Translations under genes and position numbers: made by a program
Source: an uncultured Verrucomicrobiae bacterium
Lineage (GTDB): Bacteria; Verrucomicrobiota; Verrucomicrobiia; Limisphaerales; Palsa-1400
Reading direction: 5' to 3'
Length of the DNA stretch: 64,000 nucleotides
Assembly: GCA_963764165.1 (NCBI GenBank)
Contig: CAVXRD010000002.1
Coordinates: forward strand, 1,344,001-1,408,000
In this document: positions 9,147-18,265 of the stretch, piece after piece
Layout: each line of letters opens with the position of its first letter
How positions within the stretch are numbered: the first letter of the stretch is position 1
Notes under the pieces: model-generated
What the model saw: only the letters and a program-made list of their open reading frames with translations
What the model was told of the DNA's origin: nothing
The model's database searches: none

Positions 9147-10338
9147 TTCCAATTCTCCTTTCTCGACCCGGAAAATCCATTGCCTCAAAACTTCGTCCCA
9201 CCGTCGTCCCGACGACGATGCCAAAGATGATTCCCGATGCAAAATCCGCAAACCAATGAGCCGTCATGGAAACGCTGAGACCGATGTAAAGGGCGTAGAG
9301 CAGGGACGCAGCGCCAATCCATCTTTTTTTCGGAAACAACCAAAACAGTGTAGCCGACATGCCGAACGCAATGATCGTATGGCCAGAGGGCCAGCCCGAT
9401 ACAATTTCGCTGCGGAGCAAACCGAAATGAAACACATGGCTGGTGTCCGGTATATGACTGGTGTCCGATCCTTTAATCCACGGGGGCTGAGGCCGCCCGG
9501 TGAGGACCTTGATAAGCTCGCCCAGCACGAAACCAATCAGAGCCGCCTGCGCCAAGGCCCATCCTGTTCGAGTGATCGGTTCTCTCTTAAGGGCCATCCC
9601 GGCCAGTAGAAGCAATGGCGGCAAAGTCAATGGAACCCATACTCCGAGATTGACCCCGGGAATCATCCAAGCCAGAAGTTGCGGGCTGCGCGTGGCGCGC
9701 CAATAGAACCAGTCGAATCCGGAGGTCACCAGGACAATGCCCAGACCGATCGCAGCGAATTGCCAGGCAATATTCGAGCCCTTGAAGCAACCTGCGAAGT
9801 TCCGCGGCAGCGAATGATAAAATTCGCGCATGATTTGGAATGGAACACGGTCGCGAATGGAAACGCAGAGACCGATGGAAAGGGCGTAGAGCAAGACCGC
9901 AGCACCAAACCATCTTCCATATAGGGAGAGCCAAAAGAGTTCGAGAGACGCCATTCTGGTCCCAACAATGGTCCGATCGCCTTGGTGGTAAACAGCTCTT
10001 ATTACCTTGCCCCGGCTGTCCTTCACAAAAGTGACCTGCGCATCCATCGCTTTCCAAAAATACTCAGTCTCCGACTTGGGAAAAATCTCGCAGATCTGGC
10101 CGGCGAATTGCGCGAAAAGATGGTTTCCGTCACGCGTCACTCTCAGCACTTGAAGTTTGCCAAAATCGTATCTGCCGACCAGACTGTCATAAACTGCCAG
10201 ATCCACCCTCGCATCGGCAACGCCTTTGAGGGCCTGGCTGTTGCTTTCCTTCACGATCGCCTCGTTTGTTCCCGTCGCCAATCCGGAAAAGGCTATGAAA
10301 AGGAAAACATAAATGAGGCATTGAACGCGATTGGTCAT
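9139..10338 (-). CDS. PAP2-family phosphatase with N-terminal DUF3471-like domain
   Basis: K.LTGRPQP, WPSGH and HWFAD PAP2 motifs. N-terminal YDSLVGRY...IFPKSETEYF...DAQVTF segment. Confidence 0.8.
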   Translation of the reverse strand: MTNRVQCLIYVFLFIAFSGLATGTNEAIVKESNSQALKGVADARVDLAVYDSLVGRYDFGKLQVLRVTRDGNHLFAQFAGQICEIFPKSETEYFWKAMDAQVTFVKDSRGKVIRAVYHQGDRTIVGTRMASLELFWLSLYGRWFGAAVLLYALSIGLCVSIRDRVPFQIMREFYHSLPRNFAGCFKGSNIAWQFAAIGLGIVLVTSGFDWFYWRATRSPQLLAWMIPGVNLGVWVPLTLPPLLLLAGMALKREPITRTGWALAQAALIGFVLGELIKVLTGRPQPPWIKGSDTSHIPDTSHVFHFGLLRSEIVSGWPSGHTIIAFGMSATLFWLFPKKRWIGAASLLYALYIGLSVSMTAHWFADFASGIIFGIVVGTTVGRSFEAMDFPGRERRIGNE

Positions 10339-10376
10339 TTCGCTTCTCCATTAAGTTGCGCGACCAGTCGACTTCA

Positions 10377-10463
10377 TTAGTTTCCCGCGTCTGCTGGATT
10401 TTTGCGAAGCAAATGCCCCAGGTCGGTCGCTGGCTGATGCGTTGTTGTAACCGTCAATAGCAT
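10377..10463 (-). pseudogene. Remnant of bacterial Hen1 RNA 2'-O-methyltransferase (first ~25 aa)
   Basis: MLLTVTTTHQPATDLGHLLRKNP resembles the conserved Hen1 N-terminus, followed by an early stop. Confidence 0.65.
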
Positions 10464-10660
10464 CAAGCGAGAATAGTGTGGCTCCGCAGGGATGACCAGA
10501 TTTTCGAGAAGCTGATGTCGGGGGCGTCCTGTAAAAAAAGCAGTTGCTTTCAGAAGACCGAGTTCCATTGGCAGCAATTGTAAGCCGTGCAATCTGTGGA
10601 CATTTCGACCACAGTTTACTGCACTTTTACTGCACTGCTCCGTAAGTCGTTGGTAATCAA

Positions 10661-10693
10661 TGGAGCGGGTGAAGGGAATCGAACCCTCGTGTC
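10661..10693 (-). repeat. tRNA-Gly 3' fragment with CCA (att-like), copy 3
   Basis: Reverse complement reads GACACGAGGGTTCGATTCCCTTCACCCGCTCCA. No D-arm or anticodon arm upstream. Confidence 0.85.
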
Positions 10694-10923
10694 AAAAAGT
10701 GGTGCTTGTTTTGTAGAATGCCAACTTGCACGGGCCTGCCTGCGCCACGGTCCGTGCCGCAGGACGTTGACGCTGACCGCAAGCAGGCGCTCGACCATGA
10801 TTGGCTGCGATCCACGAGCGGCGGAACCGGGAAACCGCTCCAGAGATCGCTTGGAAGGTCTTAAAAATCACGGGTTAAAAGAAAACTGTCCAATTTTCAA
10901 TTCTGGCGAAGATAATTAAGCAA

Positions 10924-12111
10924 ATGCCAGATAACAGAGATATCGATCTATTGCGGGAATATGCGGCTTCTGGTTCTGAATCTGCATTCGAGGAAATTGT
11001 CCATCGGCAGATCAATCTCGTTTATTCCGTTGCCCTTCGCTTCACTGGCAACGGTGAGGACGCACAGGATGTCGCTCAGACCGTTTTCATCATTCTTGCA
11101 AGGAAAGCTGCCCGTCTGCCTCCCAAAACCATTCTCACTGGCTGGCTCTATGAAACCACCCGATTTTCCGCCATGAATTTTCTCACCCACAAAAGCCGCC
11201 GCCAGGCCCGTGAACAGGAGGCATACATGCAATCAACATTAAATGATGTGGAAACCGAAAGTATTTGGCGGCAAATCGAGCCCCTCCTGGAAGCGGCCAT
11301 GTCACAATTAAGCAAAAGAGACCGCACGTTGGTCGTCTTGCGCTTTTTTGAAAACAAAAGCTTTGGGGAAACGGCCATCGTGGCAGGCATGAACGAATGG
11401 GCCGCACGAAAGCGTGTGGAACGATCCATGGAGAAGTTGCGCGCGTATTTTTCCAAACGCGGCGTCGCTTCAAGCGCATCGATAATTGCCGTCGCGCTTT
11501 CCGCCAATTCCGTTCAAGCCGCGCCGGTGGCGCTTGCAAAATCCGTGACGGTCGCGGCGATTGCCAAAGGCACGACGGCTTCGGCTTCCACCTTAACCGT
11601 CATCAAAGGAGCATTGAAAATAATGGCGTGGTCAAAAGCAAAAACAGCAATCGCGATCAGCGCGGCAGTCATTCTGTCGGCCGGCACAACAACCTTGGTG
11701 ATTCAACACCACCATCAAGCTCAAGCGCGGACGGATTTTCCAAAGTCATCGTGGGCTTTAGCCGGATATGCGGACCCGGCATCAGCTCTGGAAACAGTTC
11801 TTTGGGCGGGAAATCATGCCGATGGAAAAACGCTTCTTGCCAGCATGACACCCGATCTGCAACAGCAACTTCAACAGCGATTTGAAGGCGAGCTTCAAAA
11901 ACGAGGCCTGTCTCTTGAAGAATTCTTTACGCAAAGCGCCAAAGGACATGTTAGCGCCATCACAGGATTTCGCGTCCTCAATCAGGAAGTCGTCGCTGAC
12001 GATCAGATTATTCTGCATCTTTACGTGCAGGGAAAGGAACGCGAAGACACATTCAAAATGAAGGAGGTCGGCAATGAATGGAAGTTGGATCAGCTCCCAC
12101 CAGATTATTAA
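10924..12111 (+). CDS. ECF sigma-70 factor with C-terminal TM segment and extension
   Basis: AFEEIV...DAQDVAQTVF..LARKA...GWLY region 2, region 4 LRFFE, Ala-rich linker, TM helix and a C-terminal soluble domain. Confidence 0.9.
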   Translation: MPDNRDIDLLREYAASGSESAFEEIVHRQINLVYSVALRFTGNGEDAQDVAQTVFIILARKAARLPPKTILTGWLYETTRFSAMNFLTHKSRRQAREQEAYMQSTLNDVETESIWRQIEPLLEAAMSQLSKRDRTLVVLRFFENKSFGETAIVAGMNEWAARKRVERSMEKLRAYFSKRGVASSASIIAVALSANSVQAAPVALAKSVTVAAIAKGTTASASTLTVIKGALKIMAWSKAKTAIAISAAVILSAGTTTLVIQHHHQAQARTDFPKSSWALAGYADPASALETVLWAGNHADGKTLLASMTPDLQQQLQQRFEGELQKRGLSLEEFFTQSAKGHVSAITGFRVLNQEVVADDQIILHLYVQGKEREDTFKMKEVGNEWKLDQLPPDY

Positions 12112-12129
12112 GAGCAAAACGAACCTGTT

Positions 12130-12870
12130 ATGGCTGTCGAAATAGATGCGAACCCAACGCGCGCTTTCACGCTCATTGAACTGCTGGTGGTCATCGCCAT
12201 CATCGCAATTCTAGCGGCATTGCTGCTGCCGTCGTTGAGTGCTGCCAAAGGCAAGGCGCGGCAGGCGACCTGTTTGAACAATCTCAAACAAATCAATCTC
12301 GGCGTTCACATGTATGCCGATGACCACGACAATGTTTTGTCCCTAGTCAGCACCAATACATCGGTGCAGGTGTGGACGGATTACAAAAGTTGGATGAAAA
12401 GCTACGTCGGCCTCACCGGCGCTTCGTCTCCACAAGACACCCTCTTTGCGTGTCCTGCCGACACTTTTAATTACACTAATGTTGATGCCGCTTCCTATGT
12501 GGCCGGAAGCATTCACCTGCTGGCGATTTACAATTATTCGAGCTATTTATTCAACGCAGGAAACATCCGCGGCCCTGGAGTATATTCGTTTCCTGGCATT
12601 GCGGGATTCAAATTGACCTCAATAACAAATCCCGTAAAAACAGTTCTCGTTGAAGAAGGCCCGGCTACGATTCCATATTCCTGGCATCAACCGCAAAAAT
12701 TGCCTCCGCGGCAATACGGGGTTAACGATGCCAAGAATATGCTCAGTTTCGTAGATGGCCACGCCAACTATGTCAAAATCTACTGGGATTCAAACACTTT
12801 TCCCGGCCATATCCAAGCATGGCACTATGATCCACCGGCGGGATACTATTACCAATGGAGCGGGGATTGA
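12130..12870 (+). CDS. Prepilin-type N-terminal cleavage protein with H-X9-DG motif (DUF1559-like)
   Basis: [23 protein letters not shown]...CLNNLKQ...N..FVDGH. Confidence 0.9.
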   Translation: MAVEIDANPTRAFTLIELLVVIAIIAILAALLLPSLSAAKGKARQATCLNNLKQINLGVHMYADDHDNVLSLVSTNTSVQVWTDYKSWMKSYVGLTGASSPQDTLFACPADTFNYTNVDAASYVAGSIHLLAIYNYSSYLFNAGNIRGPGVYSFPGIAGFKLTSITNPVKTVLVEEGPATIPYSWHQPQKLPPRQYGVNDAKNMLSFVDGHANYVKIYWDSNTFPGHIQAWHYDPPAGYYYQWSGD

Positions 12871-12871
12871 G

Positions 12872-13600
12872 ATGATGAAGCGCGCCTTCACACTGATCGA
12901 ATTGCTGGTGGTCGTGGCCATCATCGCGATTCTCGCCGCATTGCTGCTGACGGCACTAAGCCGCGCCAAAGGTGAAGCGAAACGGACGGCATGCCTGAAC
13001 AATCTCAAACAAATCAATCTCGGCGTTCACATGTATGCCGATGACCACGATAATGTTTTGACTTTGGTCAGCACAAATCACGATCCCAATGTTTGGATGG
13101 ATTATCGAAATTGGATCGGTAGCTACGTTGGACTGCCGGGCGCCTCCTCTCCCCAGGACACGTTGTTCGCCTGTCCTGCCGACACTTTTTACTATACGGG
13201 TGCTTATGCACGTTCGTATGTGGCTCAAAGCCTGCATTCGCAGTCGAACTACAACTACTCAAGTTATGCGTTCAATGCAGGAAATATTCGTTCTGATTAT
13301 CCATTCACAACTACGTTTCCCGGCATTGCAGGGCGCAAATTGACCTCAATAAAAAGTCCGGCAAGAACGGTTCTCGTCACGGAATGGCCGGCTCTCGCGC
13401 CATACTCCTGGCATCAGCCACAGCGATTGCCCTCCGGCGCAGTGGCCGGTGTCGACGATTCCAAAAACGTCGTCAGTTTCGTGGATGGCCATGTGAATTA
13501 TATTAAGATTTATTGGGATGCGAACACCGCGCCGAAACATTTTCAAGCCTGGCACTATGATCCGCTCGGAGGATACGATTATCAATGGAGCGGAGATTGA
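12872..13600 (+). CDS. Prepilin-type H-X9-DG protein, tandem paralog
   Basis: [14 protein letters not shown]...CLNNLKQ...FVDGHV, closely similar to the upstream gene. Confidence 0.9.
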   Translation: MMKRAFTLIELLVVVAIIAILAALLLTALSRAKGEAKRTACLNNLKQINLGVHMYADDHDNVLTLVSTNHDPNVWMDYRNWIGSYVGLPGASSPQDTLFACPADTFYYTGAYARSYVAQSLHSQSNYNYSSYAFNAGNIRSDYPFTTTFPGIAGRKLTSIKSPARTVLVTEWPALAPYSWHQPQRLPSGAVAGVDDSKNVVSFVDGHVNYIKIYWDANTAPKHFQAWHYDPLGGYDYQWSGD

Positions 13601-14025
13601 TTGTGAAACGAACAAAACCCATGAGACAAACGGAAAGAACCGTGGAAAGAGCGCAGGCGTGAAAATTAAATCGCCACCAAAGTTGTCGTCGCTGCGAACG
13701 ACTTTGCCGGTGCATGTGGCGAGTCGGCGGTGGCTCAGCCTCTTTCTCCGTTGAGTTGCACCCGCGTATGGCCGTATCGTTTGACCAAATTGTTCCGTGG
13801 GGGGCACGCGCGAGGAGTACGTTACTTATGTTCGGGCAAACCCAGTTTTTTGGAATAATTGCATTTGAGTGTGGTCATGATGGTGTTGTTCTTTGGTGTT
13901 GGAGTTGGTGTTGATGATGTTAATTGGTGAAAGTGGCGAGTGGACGAGCAGATCGACCTGGCCATCCCAAGAGCGGGTGGGTTTATACTAGCCTCCGGAT
14001 TACCCTGGGGTATTCTCGGGGTGAT

Positions 14026-14262
14026 ATGACAAACGAACCAATGAAGTGCCCAAAATGCTCAGGCGCCATGATCCAGGGATTCATTCCAGATTACTCCGAC
14101 GGGCCGGTTTACGTGGAAGGCTGGTTCGAGGGGCAGCCCAAGAAATCCTTTTGGACCAGGACGAAAGCACCAAAGGGTGAAGGGATACCCATCGGGACCT
14201 TTCGTTGTGAGAAATGCGGCTTCCTGGAGTTTTACGCCGACTCCAAATTTGCGGCCCAGTGA
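14026..14262 (+). CDS. Small zinc-ribbon protein
   Basis: CPKC...M.QG...W.EG...FRCEKCGFLEFYA. Confidence 0.75.
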   Translation: MTNEPMKCPKCSGAMIQGFIPDYSDGPVYVEGWFEGQPKKSFWTRTKAPKGEGIPIGTFRCEKCGFLEFYADSKFAAQ

Positions 14263-14320
14263 TGGAAGAAAGCCAAACAGGCCCGGTCCTGCAATGATTG
14301 ATACATTCCGGTGTGATCGG

Positions 14321-15694
14321 TCATTCAGAGATGTCGCTCCTTTCGGGGATGGCTTTTCCATCCCAGAACCAGTAAACAACGAAACCAACCAGCAGAATGA
14401 CGACCCCGCCGCCTGCGTTTTTCGGGGATGTCCAAATGGAGTTGGCCGATATCGCCCAGCAAACAATGACAAAAGTGGCCGTGGTGACGGGATGCCCGGG
14501 CACACGGAGAACCACGGAATTGCCTGTGCCAGCAGGTGCGCTCTTCTCCCTGGAGCGAAAAATGAAAAGAGACGCGGCGGTCAATCCAAAGAAGATGACA
14601 TCGACCGAAACCACGTAATCGAGGATTTGTGAGTAAGCAATCCAGAGCGCAACGCAAGCTGCCAGGACGCTTTGGAGCACGATGGCCACCACCGGCGCTT
14701 TGGTGCGCGGATGCAAGCGCCCCACCGCCTTGAAAAACACGCCATCACGGGCCATCGCATAATAGACTCGCGGCGCGGTGAGAACGCTCTGGCTGAGAAA
14801 ACCCACTGTGGAGACGGCGATTCCGAGCGCGATGAGTTTGGCTCCAGTGGCGCCCATGGCCCGCCGCATGACTTCAGAGGCAGGGGTTTTGGTCGCGGCC
14901 AAGCCGTCAATTCCAAGGGCGTGAATGCAGATGAACGTGACTCCGAGGTAAAGCGCGATCACCCCCAGGACCCCGATCACCAGTCCGCGCGGCAAATCGC
15001 GGCGGGCATTTCGCATTTCCCCGGTTAGGAAACTTGCGGTCTGCCAGCCGCCGTAGGCGAAAATCACCGGCACCATGGCGGCTGTCATTCCGCTCAATCC
15101 ACCGCTGCCACCCGCGGCGACAGCCACCGGCGCTGTTTCGCTCGGCGAAACCATCAAGCCAACTCCAATCAAACCGGCAATCGCGGCAATCTTGATCAGC
15201 ATCAGCACATTTTGAACATTGCTGCCAGCCCGCACTCCGAAGCAATTGATTACGGTAAGCACCGCGAGCGTGGCGATGGCAATGACCCGGGAGGAAAGCC
15301 CGATCCCGGTGAGTTCTCGAAGATACTCGGCGAAAATGATCGCCACCGCGGCCATCGATCCGGTTTGGATCACGAGCAGCAAGACCCAGCCGTAAAGAAA
15401 GGCCACGATCGGATGATACGCGTCGCGCAAGTAGGCATATTGTCCGCCCACCCTTGGCCGCAACACCGCCAGTTCCGCGTAGATGAAGGCGCCAATCAGG
15501 GCCAGGACGCCTCCAATGATCCACGCGCCCAGCGTCATGGCGGGCGTAGGCACCAGTCGCGCGACGACAGCGGGATTCTTGAATATGCCCGCCCCGATAA
15601 TCCCTCCCATGACAATGAGGGTCGCGTCGAAAGGCCCCAGTTTATGGGCCAATCCGTTCTCCGTAGGAACTGGTTGGGAAGGCTCGGTGGTCAT
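14321..15694 (-). CDS. APC-family amino acid permease
   Basis: GGIIGAGIF, YAEL, GG.Y.YL, FAYGGW motifs and about 12 TM segments. Confidence 0.9.
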   Translation of the reverse strand: MTTEPSQPVPTENGLAHKLGPFDATLIVMGGIIGAGIFKNPAVVARLVPTPAMTLGAWIIGGVLALIGAFIYAELAVLRPRVGGQYAYLRDAYHPIVAFLYGWVLLLVIQTGSMAAVAIIFAEYLRELTGIGLSSRVIAIATLAVLTVINCFGVRAGSNVQNVLMLIKIAAIAGLIGVGLMVSPSETAPVAVAAGGSGGLSGMTAAMVPVIFAYGGWQTASFLTGEMRNARRDLPRGLVIGVLGVIALYLGVTFICIHALGIDGLAATKTPASEVMRRAMGATGAKLIALGIAVSTVGFLSQSVLTAPRVYYAMARDGVFFKAVGRLHPRTKAPVVAIVLQSVLAACVALWIAYSQILDYVVSVDVIFFGLTAASLFIFRSREKSAPAGTGNSVVLRVPGHPVTTATFVIVCWAISANSIWTSPKNAGGGVVILLVGFVVYWFWDGKAIPERSDISE

Positions 15695-15860
15695 GCCTGA
15701 ATCATCACGGATCGCGAGTATAGCCGTTCCCGCCTGGTTTGGCGACCTGCGTTTTCGCCCACTCGCCTCAATCGCCGGTGTCCTGCGCTGGGAAATGGTT
15801 CAATCATTCCGAAGAATTGGTTTGTCACCCCAGCCAAGACGACGCAGGATTGCTCCACTT

Positions 15861-16967
15861 ATGAGCGGCAGGAAGCCAGAAAAAGTCCTTCAAATTGAAG
15901 CGGTCGAGGTCGACCAGTTGCTGCTTGATCCCGAAAACCCGCGTTTGGAAGGAATGGTTAAAACAACCGACCAGGGGGAACTCATCAAGGCGATGTGGAA
16001 GGAAATGGCGGTGAACGAGGTCGCGCTGTCGATTGCCGCGAACGGTTTTTTTGAAGAAGAGCCTCTGTTTGCAATTCCTGCTTCTCCCATTAACGGGAAG
16101 AAGGCCTATTGCGTAGTCGAAGGGAACCGGCGGCTTACGGCGGTAAAACTCCTGCGTGATGAGAATCTTCGGAAGGCGACTCGGTCGACAGATTTGCCAG
16201 CACTTGACGCGAAAGCCCTAGACAGACTGCAAACGCTGCCCGTTTCGATTTATCCCAAGCGCGAGGACTTGTGGGAATACTTTGGCTTCCGGCATGTGAA
16301 TGGGCCGAAAGAATGGGATTCATTGAGCAAGGCGGCTTATGTGGCAAAAGTCCGACGCGAGTATGGCAAGAGTCTGGAAGAAATCACGCGAAAGATTGGC
16401 GACCAACACAGCACAGTCAAACGAATCTATCGCGGGTATGTGCTACTTGAACAAGCGGAAAAATCCACAAAATTCAACCGCGAAGACATTCACCGGAACC
16501 GATTTTATTTTTCGCATTTGTACACCGCAACGGATTACCCGGAAGTGCTGGCTTTTTTGGGCACAACTGCGGAAGCCTCCCTGCATGACAATCCAATCGC
16601 ACGGAAGCAATTGCCAGACTTGGAGCAATTGATGGTTTGGCTGTTTGGCAGCAAGGAACGCAAAATTGAACCGGTCGTGCGAACACAAGCGCCGGACCTG
16701 TCTTATCTCCGATCTGTCATTGGCAACAAGCCGGCATTGGCAGCGCTGCGGTCGGGAATCAGTCTGCAACGTTCCCATTCCATCAGCCTTGGAGACAGTC
16801 GTCGCTTTGAGGATTCACTGGCCCAGGCCAAAGATGCATTGCAGGAAGCCAAAGCAACGGTGACAACCGGTTACAAAGGGGACAGACAACTTTTGGAGCA
16901 GATGGAATCCATCGGGACGCTCACCACGAGCCTGCTGGAAGAAATGCGCAAAATTAAATCCAAGTAA
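15861..16967 (+). CDS. ParB/Srx-like N-terminal domain protein
   Basis: LLLDPENPRL...SIAANGF..EPL...VVEGNRRLTA. Start taken at ATG 15861. Confidence 0.8.
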   Translation: MSGRKPEKVLQIEAVEVDQLLLDPENPRLEGMVKTTDQGELIKAMWKEMAVNEVALSIAANGFFEEEPLFAIPASPINGKKAYCVVEGNRRLTAVKLLRDENLRKATRSTDLPALDAKALDRLQTLPVSIYPKREDLWEYFGFRHVNGPKEWDSLSKAAYVAKVRREYGKSLEEITRKIGDQHSTVKRIYRGYVLLEQAEKSTKFNREDIHRNRFYFSHLYTATDYPEVLAFLGTTAEASLHDNPIARKQLPDLEQLMVWLFGSKERKIEPVVRTQAPDLSYLRSVIGNKPALAALRSGISLQRSHSISLGDSRRFEDSLAQAKDALQEAKATVTTGYKGDRQLLEQMESIGTLTTSLLEEMRKIKSK

Positions 16968-16978
16968 CGCACACCGTC

Positions 16979-17863
16979 ATGGCTTCCATCGAATTTCCTG
17001 GGACTTTTCAGCCGGAAGACCTGGCCGACTGGCTGGAACTGACCGCGATTCAGGCGGCGGATAAAAGCGCGAGCGCCGGAGATTTGGAACGTGAACTCAA
17101 ACGGCTGGGAAAGTCCGATCCGGAAGAACTGATAGGGAATGTATTCACCGAAATTGACCGCCGGGAAAGCGCCGCCGGGAAAGACGCCTATCCCTTTGAA
17201 AGAAAAAACACGTCCATAGAATTGAAGGCAAAGGCCGACACCTATCCCGCATATATTTTTTGCCTGGCACTTTCCTACTGCAAATGGAAGACGCGCAAGG
17301 GAGCGCCGGAAAATCCGTGGCTGCTGTTCGAGGAACTGGCGCGATATACCGCCCAAAACTATCTGGGCGGCGAGGCCATCATTTTTGGAACAAGCTGCCG
17401 CCACAAAAAGACTGGCGAAAAGCGGTTTGTTGCAAACATCAACGACCTTGCCAAAAAGCTGGGAGAGGGCGATGGATTTAAAAAGCAGCCCACCCTTTCA
17501 GCCAAGGATAGCAAGTTAGATTTAGTGGCTTGGAAAGGTTTTCAAGATGGCCGGGCCAGCCAAATCATTCTATTTGGGCAATGCGCGGCGGGAGACAACT
17601 GGATCAACAAACTCACCGAACTCGACCCAAATGTCTTTTGGGACCAATGGATGGATCGGGGGTCAGTCAGTTCTCTGCTCCGTTCCGTTTTCATGCCGCA
17701 CCGGGTTCACGACCAAGACCAATGGAACAAGCACGCGCGGTCGGCGAGGCTGCTCTTTGACCGCTGCCGCGTAGTCGCACATTCCCACGGAGCCACAGCC
17801 GCCGGCGGGTTTGCCAACCGGTTGCTCAATTGCTGCCGGACGGAGTGGAAGCTCGACGTTTAG
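16979..17863 (+). CDS. Putative PD-(D/E)xK restriction-endonuclease-like protein
   Basis: LFEEL helix and D..LDLVAW...LFGQCAAG, a QC-type variant of the catalytic core. Starts 11 bp after the ParB-like gene. Confidence 0.6.
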   Translation: MASIEFPGTFQPEDLADWLELTAIQAADKSASAGDLERELKRLGKSDPEELIGNVFTEIDRRESAAGKDAYPFERKNTSIELKAKADTYPAYIFCLALSYCKWKTRKGAPENPWLLFEELARYTAQNYLGGEAIIFGTSCRHKKTGEKRFVANINDLAKKLGEGDGFKKQPTLSAKDSKLDLVAWKGFQDGRASQIILFGQCAAGDNWINKLTELDPNVFWDQWMDRGSVSSLLRSVFMPHRVHDQDQWNKHARSARLLFDRCRVVAHSHGATAAGGFANRLLNCCRTEWKLDV

Positions 17864-18008
17864 GTTTGGGTGGAGTTTTTGGTCATGCTGGCGCAGATTG
17901 CGCCTCGCCTATGAAGCCAGCGCGGCTATAGCATTGTGGCACAAGGTGGGGCGCGGTGACAGAATTACGCGCCAAGAGGTGCTTGAAATTAACTTTGCTG
18001 CAAGGCTG

Positions 18009-18215
18009 TTATTTTGCCTTTTTATCGAGTGCCGCAGTTTTTGCTTCAAAGTCCGCCTTGCGCTGTTCAAACTCCGCTTGTCCGCGCTTGAACGCCGCTA
18101 CCTCCGACTCGCTGCGAAGAAAAGCCTCGACAGCTAGCCCATTTAAGCGAATACATTTCTTTAGTTCGTGCTTCGCTTCCGCCTCGGTCATCCTGTCAAC
18201 ATATTCATAATCCAT
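18009..18215 (-). CDS. Small hypothetical coiled-coil protein
   Basis: 68-aa ATG ORF with charged helical composition, downstream of the methylase. Confidence 0.4.
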   Translation of the reverse strand: MDYEYVDRMTEAEAKHELKKCIRLNGLAVEAFLRSESEVAAFKRGQAEFEQRKADFEAKTAALDKKAK

Positions 18216-18265
18216 ATATTGTGCCTTTCGATGTCCGTTAGTTTGCGCCGGAAGTCACCCATTAG

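Noticed and set aside
10620..10740. Intact tRNA-Gly gene
   Set aside because: Only the T-arm and acceptor 3' strand are present; no anticodon or D arm can be folded.
15483..15860. N-terminal extension of the ParB-like ORF
   Set aside because: It overlaps the permease on the opposite strand. ATG 15861 is just before the domain start.
15861..16967. Chromosome or plasmid partition parB
   Set aside because: No parA or parS is seen nearby, and the neighbours are nuclease-like and methylase genes.
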